Program-made: the position numbers and the translations under genes
Shown: positions 34,128-44,993 of the stretch, piece after piece
Layout: each line of letters begins with the position of its first letter
Numbering within the stretch: position 1 is the first letter of the stretch
Assembly: GCA_964019335.1 (NCBI GenBank)
Contig: OZ025705.1
Location: 372,001-436,000 of the forward strand
DNA length: 64,000 nucleotides
Direction of reading: 5' to 3'
Source: Diplonema japonicum
Taxonomy: Eukaryota; Protista; Euglenozoa: Diplonemea
Notes under the pieces: model-generated
What the model saw: the letters and a program-made list of their open reading frames with translations, nothing else
Told to the model about the DNA's origin: nothing
Databases searched by the model: none

Positions 34128-35290
34128 TTAAAGGAGAAGCGAGTTTCTATCCACAACGAGCTTCAGTTCCTCCTCCGCGAGCCTCACCAACAAAGGCTTT
34201 TCTCTCTCGATCCCAAGAGCCTCTTTACTGTTACCCAACAGGTACAACTTCCCTGCTGAATTGTACGTCCCAAGGCCTCTGCCCAAGCTCATACATCCAC
34301 TCCTGGTTTGTTGCAGCTATACTCTCGTCCTCAGTTTCAAGTACCTCGTAAGCTACTTCGTTTACATGCTTTACGTTCACTTTTGTTATAATGACCTTCA
34401 TGGTGAAGGCGAAGGACACCTCACTGTACACAGTACTGCAACACACCACCTTGTGTCCCCCAGACCTCCCCAGGTCCTGCAGAACAGAGGCCGTGATGGA
34501 CGGGGTACCGATCATCCCCACAGACATGATCTCACTGCACCCAAGAGACCCACTGAAGGCCGTCCCACTTGACACACTTGTCACCACCTCAATCCCTTCT
34601 GCAAAGGCCCTGTCACGCAGATCAACAGCAGCCTGCACAGCATTCTTCGCGTGGCTTGCACATCTCTTCGTGGTGTTGAACGAGGCGTGCACGTGGTCCC
34701 CACAACAGCCCCCACAACACCTGACAAGAGTAAGTACTCCCCAGACAGGCACTCCATGAAGAGCTTATACTTCTTGGTAGGCTGCGGGGTCGGAGGCTGC
34801 CTCCCCAATCGACCCGAGCATGTTCGTCACAGTGAACGAGCACCGCTTCCTCTCAAGCACCTTGACATGTACGGCATGGACTGTAGCAGACAGGCTTGAG
34901 ACCGTGTTCGAGGTACTAGCCATTGAGTCTGTCTTGTATAGCTCTTGGCTTTGTTTGTCGTCGCCATCCTCACTGCCATTGTCACTGTCACGAAAAAGAA
35001 CAGACTGTGGAAGGTAAGGACGGTAGATGTGGAGATTTGCGAGGATGGCAAAGAAGGCGTGGTGGAGGGGCGGGGGGAGGGATGCGGTCTATGAGAAGTA
35101 CAAATAGAGGCCACGATTGGTGTATGTTTCTGGGCTCAACGAGATAGTCGATGTCGAGACCAGAGCAGACCCAGAATGTACATAACGGCTTCTATCAAGT
35201 TGTGTCGCACCTTGCGCTCCACCAACAGCTGCACAAGTAATATTGTACCTATCGCGAGAGAACAAATGCCTCTTGCCTGCTGTGTAGTTC
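34128..35290 (-). pseudogene. Frameshifted pseudogene of a euglenozoan degenerate adenylate/guanylate-cyclase-like receptor
   Basis: GDHVHASFN, VSSGTAFSGSLG, EWMYEL and YNSAGKLYL fragments split across at least 3 non-homopolymer frameshifts. Confidence 0.65.
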
Positions 35291-36031
35291 TATCTACCGC
35301 TAATAGTGCCAAACTATGGCCCGCTCGCGATGGAACTTATAACTATCAATTTCTTTGTGAACACGGTGGTCGGATTATCATCAGGAAGCACCAATGTGAA
35401 GAGCATAAATTACATCCCCCCCCCCCCTTCCTTTTTTTGTAATGTATACGAAATCGGAGAAAGTTTAATAGAATATAAGAAGTTACCGACATCCTCAAGA
35501 GGAGCTCCTCCCACGGACCAAGAATTAAGCTGAGTACTTTAAGCCGAAGCTATAACAATCGAGACCATGAGAAGCTGTTCTTTCTTCAAATATATCATTC
35601 GGGAAGTTCTTCTTTTCTCTTTTGTGAACATATTTTATTGTCAGGCGGAGGGCACGGGCACGCATCAAGGGCTTCAAGGAATTTACAACAATTGGAAAGG
35701 TTTCTAACGTGGGCGCAAGGTCAAAGAAGAGTGCGCATTGAAACTAGAAATGCCCCCTCTCCCCTGGCCTATAGCTTAGCCGGGCCTCCTCAAAAAACTC
35801 ACCGAAGGTTGTGTCTCATTATCGTCCCACCCTCTGTCCCCCCCCCCCCCCACACCCCCCTCTTCTTCTTTTTAGACACTTCTTACCTTTTTTTCTCCCC
35901 CCCCCCGGTTTCTTTTTTTTCAGAAAAAAAAGAGAAAAAAAAAAGAAAGAAGCACACACTGTAAAAAAGAAACAAAACAAAACAAAAAAAGAGGAAAAAA
36001 AAAACAAAAGCAAGATTCAACATAGACATAT

Positions 36032-37981
36032 TCATCGGTAGTCCCGTCTCCGTCTGTTGTAATCCCTGTCTCTGTCTCTGTCTCTGTCCCTCTCCCGGTC
36101 TCTGTCTCTGTCCCGGTCTCTGTCTCTGTCCCTCACCCTCTCTCTTTCACGCTCTCTGTCTCTTTCTTTGTCCCGCTCACGTTCCCGTTCTCGCTCGCGT
36201 TCCCTCTCCCTCTCCCGCTCCCTGTCCCTCTCTCTGTCGCGGTCTCTTTCCCTGTCCCTATCCCTGTCCCTATCTCTATCTCTGTCATAGTTCCTCCGTT
36301 CAGACTCACGTGGCAAAGGCGTCCTTCGGTTCGACCGGTAAGAGTCCCGGTCGCCCCGACGGGAGGACGAAGGAGTATTACTTGCTGCCCCACCGTTTGT
36401 AGGAGAGCTAGGACCAACATTTGACGGCCCTGCAGGGTTGGAAGTTGTAGGATTCGTGCTGCTGCCGAGGCTTCGGCTACGCGTCTTTTTGGTTTCCTGG
36501 AGTTTCGAGAGAAGGCGGGCCGCAGCGCGGCACCGTGCGATGGGGTCGTGGCAGCATATTATTACAACGGAGTCGGGTTGAGAGGCAAAGAGGAGCGTGT
36601 TCGTCTCGTCTTCCACAGCACGCATGAGCTCGCCCTTCGAGGCACGCAGGTTTATTAAATCCGCAGAGTACGGGACCTTGATGATGGTGGCGTCATCTGT
36701 GCTCGGGTTGATCTCCTCGGGGTTGGTGCAGTGCCGCCTCTGGTCAAGCAGCCATTTCATGTATCTCCTTGCCCGCCGACGGTCCTCCAGAACCCCCGAG
36801 AACAAGACCCAACGCCCCACTGCTTGTATTATACTGTTCGACGCCCTTGTCAGTGCTCGCATTGTGGACCCCTTCGGTCCTACAGCGTAGCCCAGGTCCT
36901 CTGGGGAGAATTGTATCAAATCCGTGTCCCAGCCTGCTGTGCTTGATATTGTCTGTTCGTATTTCACGGTGTAAAGACCTGGGGTTTGGTGCTCCAAGAT
37001 TGATTTCGCTTTGAGCTCCGCACCGCGGCGTCCCTTCAACTCGCCGAATATCCCCAAAACCCTGTTGATGAAGAAGCATACAACACCGAACTCTTGTTCG
37101 AGTGAAGAGAGTGTGACCCGGCCTGGTCCGGATATCCTTTTGACTTGTTTCTGAGCATGCAGGTCGATCAACGTTACATCTGTTCGACCCGCGGTTTCAA
37201 TGCTGGGCAGGCGTTCCGGGTCGCTCACCGATAAAAGCGAAGCCCAGTTTATATAGTCCGTCGCACGTCGGAGCTCTTCAGGATGGCCGAAGAGGTAGAA
37301 CCCACCGGATATGAAATCGACGACACAGTTGGAAGCCTTTGAGATCTTTCGCCGGCCCTCTGAAGGGTTCGCCACGTACCACGTAACCACCAAACTGTCC
37401 ACATTTAAAATTTGTGTGACGCACTCTTCACGTGAAAGCATCATACGGAGGTCCATTCTCGATGCTGTACCAGGGAACATAGTGTCGGCTTCAGAGACTA
37501 GCCGGAATAGACAGGCAGCCCGCTCTCGAGGGCTACCGTATACCCATACGTGCTGGACGTTCTCGTCGGTTAGGTTGTGGAAGACGAGGGTGTTGAATTC
37601 TTCTTCTAAGAAGACCTTGAGGTGGTTTATGTTGATTTTTGCCTCTATGGGGAGGACGAAGGAAAGTAGGTCGCCGTCGTTGTCTTCCACGTTCTTGATT
37701 TTTATGACGCCCAGCCGCTGCTCGGATAAAAACCGTAGATATTTCAACGCCCGCTCTACCTCCCTTCTTCTACCTACCACCTCGCCCCGACCCGTATCGC
37801 TCACCGTTACCGACGCCCCCGACACCCTCATCAGCCTATCCAACTGTCTCCCTTCAACCCTGTCTTTAAACCACTCTTCTTCCGCGTTCACCCGCACTGT
37901 CTCCACCACCATTTCCGACTCTCTTTCATTATACAAACCCGGTTCTAATTTTACAGTGTCGATTTCAACCTCTTTTTTCAT
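36032..37981 (-). CDS. Multi-KH-domain-like RNA-binding protein with an RD/RE dipeptide tail
   Basis: ISGPGRVTL and AVGPKGSTMRAL GxxG loops; repeated KH-like units; C-terminal (RD/RE)n. Confidence 0.72.
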   Translation of the reverse strand: MKKEVEIDTVKLEPGLYNERESEMVVETVRVNAEEEWFKDRVEGRQLDRLMRVSGASVTVSDTGRGEVVGRRREVERALKYLRFLSEQRLGVIKIKNVEDNDGDLLSFVLPIEAKININHLKVFLEEEFNTLVFHNLTDENVQHVWVYGSPRERAACLFRLVSEADTMFPGTASRMDLRMMLSREECVTQILNVDSLVVTWYVANPSEGRRKISKASNCVVDFISGGFYLFGHPEELRRATDYINWASLLSVSDPERLPSIETAGRTDVTLIDLHAQKQVKRISGPGRVTLSSLEQEFGVVCFFINRVLGIFGELKGRRGAELKAKSILEHQTPGLYTVKYEQTISSTAGWDTDLIQFSPEDLGYAVGPKGSTMRALTRASNSIIQAVGRWVLFSGVLEDRRRARRYMKWLLDQRRHCTNPEEINPSTDDATIIKVPYSADLINLRASKGELMRAVEDETNTLLFASQPDSVVIICCHDPIARCRAAARLLSKLQETKKTRSRSLGSSTNPTTSNPAGPSNVGPSSPTNGGAASNTPSSSRRGDRDSYRSNRRTPLPRESERRNYDRDRDRDRDRDRERDRDRERDRERERERERERERERERDKERDRERERERVRDRDRDRDRDRDRERDRDRDRDRDYNRRRRDYR

Positions 37982-38274
37982 TTTTTGGGGGGGGTATTTT
38001 TTTCTTTTTTTTGCAATCCCCAAAAAAGAATCGCCGGGAAAAAAAGGGGGAGGGTTTTTTTTTGGGGGGGGTGCTTCCCTATTTTTTTTTTTGCAAAAGG
38101 TTAGGTTTGAGAGGAAACATACAAACTGAAAAAAAAAAAAAAAATTGTCTGCACAAGAAAAAAAAAAAAAAACAACCCCATCTCCCCTCTCTTTTTGACA
38201 ATGGGTTAAAATGGCGGGGAAAAAGAGAGGGAAAGAAAAAAAAGAGGGGGGAAAAGAGTGGTGTGGTGTGTGAT

Positions 38275-40479
38275 CTAATAATTATCGTCGTCGGCGTCCT
38301 CCGCCTCCGCTCCATTCTCCTCTCCTTGAAACTGCGCATTGTACATGTCGGCTACCTGGTAGCACGTAGTGGCATCGGTAGTGCCTTTGTCCTCACGGAT
38401 TCTAATGAACCGAGGAAATCGGAGGGCGATGCCCTTAGCAGCATGGACAAGCCCCATGGCTGCTTGATGCTTGGGTGAAATTGACAAGTCGGCAGCCTTG
38501 ACTTCCCACACGTGCTGGGGAGAGAACCAGACATCAGGAAGCTCCGATGCGCCATATGTGAAGTAAGACGGTGCAGCATGGATGACATGAGCTGACAATG
38601 AATCTGTGAGTGATGTGAGGTCCTCGTCTTTGAACCCTGTGCCGACTTTGCAGATCGCTTGGTACACTTCTGCGTCTGGTTCATAACAAGCTAGCAAATA
38701 AGCAGCGAAAACGCCGGTTCGTTTTCCTTTACCGTGCCAGGCACCGATGGGGACGAGGTCTAAGGTGTCGCCGACACCGTCTAGGTAGTCCTTTTTGAGT
38801 TTTAACCAGTTGAACGTTCTGCGACTTGGTGTGTACTCGCTGTTTGTCGTCAGGGTTTTGACCATTAACCCCTCACAGCTTCCCTTGATAGACTCGTTCA
38901 AGAACGCCTCGATCTCGTCCGCATCTGTGCAATCTTTCTTTGTTGCGTATTGGAACAACCCTGGTATCGCATTGAAGCTGCATTGAAGGAGTTCCCTACG
39001 CTCTTTAAATGTTTTGTCCAGCAGAGACTCCCCGTTTAGGTATAGTAGGTCGAACGCGTATATGCAGACGTTTGTCTCGATCTCCTCAAGCCTCACGTCT
39101 TTTCTCGGACGGTGTTGCAGGGCTTGGAAGGGTTGTATCTTCCCTTCCTTCCGGTCGAACGCAACTACCTCTGAGTCTAAAATGAAGCTTGTCACGTCGG
39201 TGTGTACAATAGGCTCTTCCTTCAACATTTTAATGATATCAGGATACTTAGGAGTGTGGTTTTCAGAGTTCCGGCTGAAGATGTTGATAGAACCCGGGGT
39301 TCTCGTGTAGTGAACCTGTGCTCGCTCACCGTCGTATTTGTACTCGCATGTGAAGTCCCCTTCGGAGAATCTTTTCAAAACCATTTTGATCCCCTTCATG
39401 GGCTTTGCAAGCATCGGTTTCACAGGGAGGTTTAACATCAACGTGACGTGTGATAAAGATCGCAGGCCACCGGATAGCAATGCGGGGACAAGCTTGTCGA
39501 AAGACGGCATTTCGTTGAACGAGCGGCGCATTCTTTCTTGAGCGGAGTTTGCAAGCCATTGTGCTTGCGGTAGATCCATGTTTGACAGGTCGTTTTCCAA
39601 GTACGCGAAGGCGTGGGACAATGCCATTAAAACGGTGTTTTCCGCCAGCCCGATACGCATTTTACCTTGCAGTGCGCGGATGAGGAAGTTCGCCTCGATT
39701 GGTTTCGCGTCTCGCATTATTCTGGAGATCATGTCGATTCTCCTCTTTTGAACCTCCTTCCCCTTTGCCATCGCGACGCTTTTTAACATTTTAAACACGG
39801 CCCGCACTGTGAGGTCCTTGGGCTTCACCAAAAGCCTCTGGTTGCTTTTTGTGAATTGCGCTATCTCGGCGAGATCGCCTTCTTTCTTGTACTTCACCTT
39901 GATTTGCTGTTCTGTCAAGCACCCTGTTGCGGAGATGCATTTTATTAAAAATGCGTCGCCGATTCCGAGTTCCAAACCTTCGACTTCAGGGGCAAGTTTA
40001 TTCAGAGACATGTACACGGTTTCAAGTAAGGTGTCTGGTGAATGGTTGATGACTGTCATGAAGCATTCTGTCATTAACGTTGAAACTTCCAGCCTGGAAC
40101 CGATGCTTGAGATTTCTGCTAAAGTGTCGCAGAGGTGATAGTACGGTACTTCTTGACCTGCTTTCCACGACGGTGGTTTCTCCTTGCATTTTTGAAGCAG
40201 TTTTGCGTGGTTTAATGCAACCGGGAGGTCTTTTGTGTCGATGCTGCTTACGTCCATGTACGGCTCGAGGGGGATGCCGTCGAACTTGTTCCACCAGTTT
40301 GTTGGGGTTTCTTCCAATTCGGGTTTTTCCGGTTCTATGTGGACTCGTTTTGCCTTTTTCGCTGGGGGGGACGCGGACGCGGACTCGGTGCTCTCGTTGT
40401 CTTTTTCCACCACCACGCGTTTTGGGGGGGCTTTCTTCGCCGCTGCTTTTTTGAACATGCTCATGATGTTCTGAGACAT
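38275..40479 (-). CDS. LIG1: DNA ligase I
   Basis: EYKYDGER adenylation motif; EGLMVK; WLKLKKDY; LRFPRF; N-terminal PIP-box-like QNIMSMF. Confidence 0.95.
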   Translation of the reverse strand: MSQNIMSMFKKAAAKKAPPKRVVVEKDNESTESASASPPAKKAKRVHIEPEKPELEETPTNWWNKFDGIPLEPYMDVSSIDTKDLPVALNHAKLLQKCKEKPPSWKAGQEVPYYHLCDTLAEISSIGSRLEVSTLMTECFMTVINHSPDTLLETVYMSLNKLAPEVEGLELGIGDAFLIKCISATGCLTEQQIKVKYKKEGDLAEIAQFTKSNQRLLVKPKDLTVRAVFKMLKSVAMAKGKEVQKRRIDMISRIMRDAKPIEANFLIRALQGKMRIGLAENTVLMALSHAFAYLENDLSNMDLPQAQWLANSAQERMRRSFNEMPSFDKLVPALLSGGLRSLSHVTLMLNLPVKPMLAKPMKGIKMVLKRFSEGDFTCEYKYDGERAQVHYTRTPGSINIFSRNSENHTPKYPDIIKMLKEEPIVHTDVTSFILDSEVVAFDRKEGKIQPFQALQHRPRKDVRLEEIETNVCIYAFDLLYLNGESLLDKTFKERRELLQCSFNAIPGLFQYATKKDCTDADEIEAFLNESIKGSCEGLMVKTLTTNSEYTPSRRTFNWLKLKKDYLDGVGDTLDLVPIGAWHGKGKRTGVFAAYLLACYEPDAEVYQAICKVGTGFKDEDLTSLTDSLSAHVIHAAPSYFTYGASELPDVWFSPQHVWEVKAADLSISPKHQAAMGLVHAAKGIALRFPRFIRIREDKGTTDATTCYQVADMYNAQFQGEENGAEAEDADDDNY

Positions 40480-41025
40480 TTTCCTTTTTTTTTTCTCTTT
40501 TCCCCTCCCCTTTCCCCCGCCGCCTTTTCTTTTTTTTTTTTTCTTTTCCCGGGAAGGGGGAAGAAAAAAAAAAAAAAAAAAAAACCAATAAAAGCGCAAC
40601 TTGTTTTGTGCGCACGAGCCGGTATTTTACCTAATAAAATAACTCAATACGCTGCCATCCAACTAGTTTTTAAAAAAGAGAAAAAAATGAAGAGACACAC
40701 TGTGTGTGAAACGTTTTTTTTTTTTTTTTTTTTTCCCGTTTCACACGCAGTAAAATAAAGAAACTTAGTTTATTTGGCATTTTTTGGCGGTATTGTGTAA
40801 GGCCTGTCTCGTAGAATATAGAGCCAAAAAAAAAAAAACCCCCTCCCTCTGCGAGCGGGTTCTCTTTAAATCACCAATACCATTTTTTTACAATTGTTTT
40901 TGTTTATGTTCAAAGCATGGCACAATGGGGAATGAAGGGGGTGTAAAAACAGAAAAAATGAGAAGGAGATCATGTGTAAATAGTTGGGTTGTGTCAGGGG
41001 TTCTTTTTGTTTGTTTTCTTGCAGT

Positions 41026-41294
41026 CTAGTGCCCGACCATCGAGGGCAGTCCACGAAGGGGTTCGATGTTGCTGGGCTCACCAGACCACCAGCTCGGGTC
41101 GCCAAATGCAGGGAAACCAATGGCTCCTTTCACTTCATAGAAATTACCTGCTGCCACTCTATTTTTTTTTTTTTTTTTTTTTTGGGTCAAAAAAGAACTT
41201 TTCTATTGACATACTTGCTCGTTGCTTGTTTCATCCCAACCTTCCTACTGCCAGGTCCGGGAGCATGTGCAACATGCGGCTTCAGAAACGTCAT
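41026..41294 (-). CDS. Unknown 70-aa protein, tandem copy 1; intron at 41159-41214
   Basis: Removing the 56-nt GTATG...TAG intron gives a 213-nt CDS colinear with copy 2. Confidence 0.8.
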
Positions 41295-41530
41295 TTATTT
41301 TCTTTTTTTTTGTCTTCGGCACCCCCTTCCTTTATTTTTTATTTTTTATTTTTTATTTTTTTTTTTGCTCTCCCCGTGTTTTAAAGAAAGCAACAAGAAA
41401 ATTTGATTTTTTAAAGGGAGGGGGGGTAAAAAAAAGTGTAACAAAAAATGTAGTGTTTTTGTGTCTTTGTGTTCTCTTCTTTCTTTTTTTTTTTTATCCC
41501 GTGTTTTCAAAAAAAAAAAAAATTCGGTTT

Positions 41531-41788
41531 TTAGTGCCCGACCATCGAGGGCAGTCCACGAAGGGGTTCGATGTTGCTGGGCTCACCAGACCACCAGCTC
41601 GGGTCGCCAAATGCAGGGAAACCAATGGCTCCTTTCACTTCATAGAAATTGCCTGCTGCTACTCTATAATTTTTTTTTTTGTGGAATCTTTTTTCTTCTG
41701 ACACATACTTGCTCGTTGCTTGTTTCATCCCAACCTTCCTACTGCCAAGCCCAGGAGCATGTGGTGCGTGTGGCTTCAGAAACGTCAT
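41531..41788 (-). CDS. Unknown 70-aa protein, tandem copy 2; intron at 41664-41708
   Basis: Removing the 45-nt GTATG...TAG intron gives 213 nt. Exons are conserved between copies; intron and flanks are diverged. Confidence 0.8.
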   Translation of the reverse strand: MTFLKPHAPHAPGLGSRKVGMKQATSKYVSEEKRFHKKKNYRVAAGNFYEVKGAIGFPAFGDPSWWSGEPSNIEPLRGLPSMVGH

Positions 41789-42139
41789 ATTATTGGTTTT
41801 TTTTTTTTTTTTAGAACGGGTAAAAAAAAAAAATAAAGAAAAAAAGAGATGTGTGTACTGTGGGAGGGGAAAAAATTGTTTTCAACACAAAAAATTACAA
41901 TAAACTCAAATTAACACGCAAACTCCTAAAGCGAAAGCCGCATGCCTTAAAAAGGGAGGGGGTATGGTCCGTACTAGGTAGCTCTCAGTTTCGATCTAAT
42001 CTTGCGACTCCTCCAAGTGCTGATCTCTTCAGGCAAGTAGCACCCTTCATTGGCTCCCACTAGCGTCCCAGCAGGTATGGAGAGTACTTTTCCCGACCAC
42101 GGTCTCCGCATTTGCTCCTTAGTGGCTGCGCGAAATATT

Positions 42140-42733
42140 ATAGCTATTTACTGCCAACAAGTAATGACTTTACCGTTACCTCGAGGTCGGTAAAGCATTA
42201 CTTGGCGGTAGGTAAGTGGTTTTATTTCACGACACTCTGAAATTACTTCACCACGAGGGGCACAACAGGGTGACAAGGGGTACAACAAGAGAGGGGTTAC
42301 AAAGGTTACAATACAAGTTGTTCCTCCTTTTGTTGACTAAGTGCCGCCGCTGTAGCTGGCATTGCCACTGTCACCATCTCTAATCAGACCTTCTCATTCC
42401 TCACTTTCTGCTGCTTCGATATCTTGAAGTTTTTTGGGGAGCTTGGGTAAGTTGACTAAGTTACCCTTACCCACAGAAAAGTTACCCACAGGAGGAAAAA
42501 GTAGTCCAACTTGGAACTGAGCCGAGGCAAAAGTTGGCCAATTGAGCTGAACCTGGGGGAAATTGGCAAACTGAGAGGAAAAAGTAGCCCCACTGGGAAC
42601 CGAAGAGGCAAAAATTGGCCTACCGAGGCATATTATTTACCGGAAACCCCTATTACTTACGGAAAACAGGCCATTATTTCACCGTGAAGTAATGAGATTT
42701 AGCGTGAAGTAATTTCTGAAGAGTGAAATAAAA
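42140..42733 (-). mobile_element. Second Crypton-like non-autonomous element, inverted relative to the first
   Basis: IR 42220-42251 / 42704-42733; external hairpin 42151-42208; terminal TAAATAGCTAT shared with element 1; repeated GTGAARTAA motifs. Confidence 0.6.
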
Positions 42734-43424
42734 TATATAAAGACGTGAATGGAGTAGATAAGGGAGAGAAACGGGGGTGGGGGGAGGGGAGGAGGAGGAG
42801 GAGGGGGATACAAAAAAAAAAAAAAGAAGGGTTGTCTCCCGTTCCTTTTTTTTTTTTTTTTAAATCCCCCTTCTTGTCTTTTACCAAAATCGCTGGTGTA
42901 TGACACGGCATAAAATTAAAAAAATAAAAACGAAAAAAAAAAACCCACCTATTGTACTTTTTTTTTTTTGTTTTTTTTTTTTTTTTTTTTTTTTTTTTGT
43001 TGTTGTTCGCCTTTGGTCAGAGAGACCCTGATAGCAAGATCTATCCGTTTCTCCCAAGCGTATCGCACGGGTACTTAAGACGGGAGTCAGCGGGTCAGGG
43101 AGAGAGACGTGCCCGGGTGAGACACTCCAACACGCATTTGACTATAGGTGGCAATAGGTGGGAGGGCGTTTAAAAAACTAACAAAAAAAAAAAAAAAAAA
43201 AAACGCAGCACCACGAGATATCGGGCAAGTACTTTTTTCTTAAATTTCCTCCTTTCAAAAAGAGGCAAAAAGAGATAAAATATATTTAAAGGAAGTCTTT
43301 GTGAGACGCCCCCTAAAAGCGATAAAAAGAGATAAAAAAAAAAAAAAAAAAAACAGAAACAAAGACACGAATATAACCTCGAGGGCCTTGGTTTCATGGG
43401 ATTTCTTTTTTAAAGGTTCCTGTC

Positions 43425-44930
43425 CTATATCTCATTCACATGAACTTGCATCCCATTGTGGTCGTTTTGCCAAGTGACGGACGCAATGTGTGTAGGTTTG
43501 AAGCCTTTCTTGGCGGTGAACCTGAAGTGAGCAAAGATGGTAAGAAGCGCGATCTTCCCCTCAAGGATGGCCATATTCTTCCCAAGGCACAGGCGGGGAC
43601 CTGCGTTGAAGGTAGGGTACATGTAATCGTCATAAGCCTTCCCCTTCATCCAGCGTGTTGGGTTGAACTCCTCAGCGTCTTCACCCCAGTACCCTTTGTA
43701 CCTGCTGGTGGCCATGGGTAGCCAGCCTACAATTGCATCCTTTTTCACCTCAACACCAGAGGGGAGGGTTACATCTTTTACAGCAATTTTCTCATTGCTG
43801 GGAACGGAAGGGTTGAGCCTCAACGCCTCCAAGAAGACAGCCTCTGCAACAGGGGATTTTCCTTCAATGTCGTCGAAGGTAAGAGCTTCTTGAGTGTTCC
43901 CCCCAAAGCATGTCTTTGCTTCCTCGGCAAGCTTGTCCTGCCATTCAGGATGCTGCACCAGGTATTCAACACAGGATGTCAGTGCTGAACCTGTCGTGTC
44001 CCGTCCTGCAATGACAGTGTTGAGGATCATGTCGCGAAGAAACTTTCTGTCGTACTTCTTGCCTTCCTCCTTGGCGGCCTCGAGGAAGAGCCCTGTCATG
44101 GTCTGGTCGCCCTGCAGGGCATCGTCTCTGATGTTCCCCTCCTCGTCGTAGTACCCGTCCACAACTTGTTCCACATACTGGTTGATGTTGTTGAGGGCCT
44201 TCTTCAGCATTCTTTCATCTTCCGACAAACCGTACTTTTCAGAGATTTTCCACCATGGTAGGATGAACCTGTGGATGACACGTTGCTGGGCAGTGTCGAA
44301 AGCGGCTTGGAAGGCACAGTCCCTTTCAACACCCTTCAGAGAATTGACGTCCCTGTTGAAGGCGATCATGTTGATGCAGTCGAAGGTGTAGCAGTAGAAC
44401 AGTTCTTGGATGTTGTAGGGATCTGAACTGGACGCTGCGTCTTGTAGGATCTGAACCATGTCCTGCGCGTGGTTCCCGAAGGTGGTGGACATCCTGTCGC
44501 GAAGCTGTCTTCTGTTGAACATGTGTGCCATTGTGATGCGTTGTTCCTTCCATTTGTCGCCGTTCGTGTTGAAGATGCCGTCGCCGAGGAGGCTGTAGAA
44601 TATATCGATGAAGCCTTTTCCCTTAACAAACGAATTGAATTCGTCTTTTAGAACGAACTTCACATCCTCTTGCGTGTAGAGGGTGTACCCGAACTTGCCC
44701 CCAAACAGCGCCCACCCGAAGGTCTTCCACCCGTTGCTCCTGAACTCGTTCAAGTTGTACTCAGCACCGGTCACCTCCTTCGTCTTCATCAGCTTTTCTA
44801 TAATATCGCGAGTGATACCAAGGAACGGTTCCGTCTTGTGGTGCAGTGCGACCCCCTTCGGGGGCTTGGCTGCCAGTTTGTACAAAGCATAGCCGATGCA
44901 CACAACGGCGAATAGAAGCCCCCAATACAT
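43425..44930 (-). CDS. Cytochrome P450 (CYP86/CYP704/CYP52-like fatty-acid hydroxylase type)
   Basis: IAGRDTT I-helix; EALRL; FNPTRW; FNAGPRLCLG heme motif; N-terminal anchor. Confidence 0.95.
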   Translation of the reverse strand: MYWGLLFAVVCIGYALYKLAAKPPKGVALHHKTEPFLGITRDIIEKLMKTKEVTGAEYNLNEFRSNGWKTFGWALFGGKFGYTLYTQEDVKFVLKDEFNSFVKGKGFIDIFYSLLGDGIFNTNGDKWKEQRITMAHMFNRRQLRDRMSTTFGNHAQDMVQILQDAASSSDPYNIQELFYCYTFDCINMIAFNRDVNSLKGVERDCAFQAAFDTAQQRVIHRFILPWWKISEKYGLSEDERMLKKALNNINQYVEQVVDGYYDEEGNIRDDALQGDQTMTGLFLEAAKEEGKKYDRKFLRDMILNTVIAGRDTTGSALTSCVEYLVQHPEWQDKLAEEAKTCFGGNTQEALTFDDIEGKSPVAEAVFLEALRLNPSVPSNEKIAVKDVTLPSGVEVKKDAIVGWLPMATSRYKGYWGEDAEEFNPTRWMKGKAYDDYMYPTFNAGPRLCLGKNMAILEGKIALLTIFAHFRFTAKKGFKPTHIASVTWQNDHNGMQVHVNEI

Positions 44931-44993
44931 AGTGTGTGTGGAACTGAAAGGGGGGTAGAATATATTAAGACAGGAAAAGAAGAAAAGGAATAT

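Noticed and set aside
41930-42130. Possible 3' fragment of a retroelement beside the second Crypton-like element
   Set aside because: Only a short minus-strand open frame with no diagnostic motif
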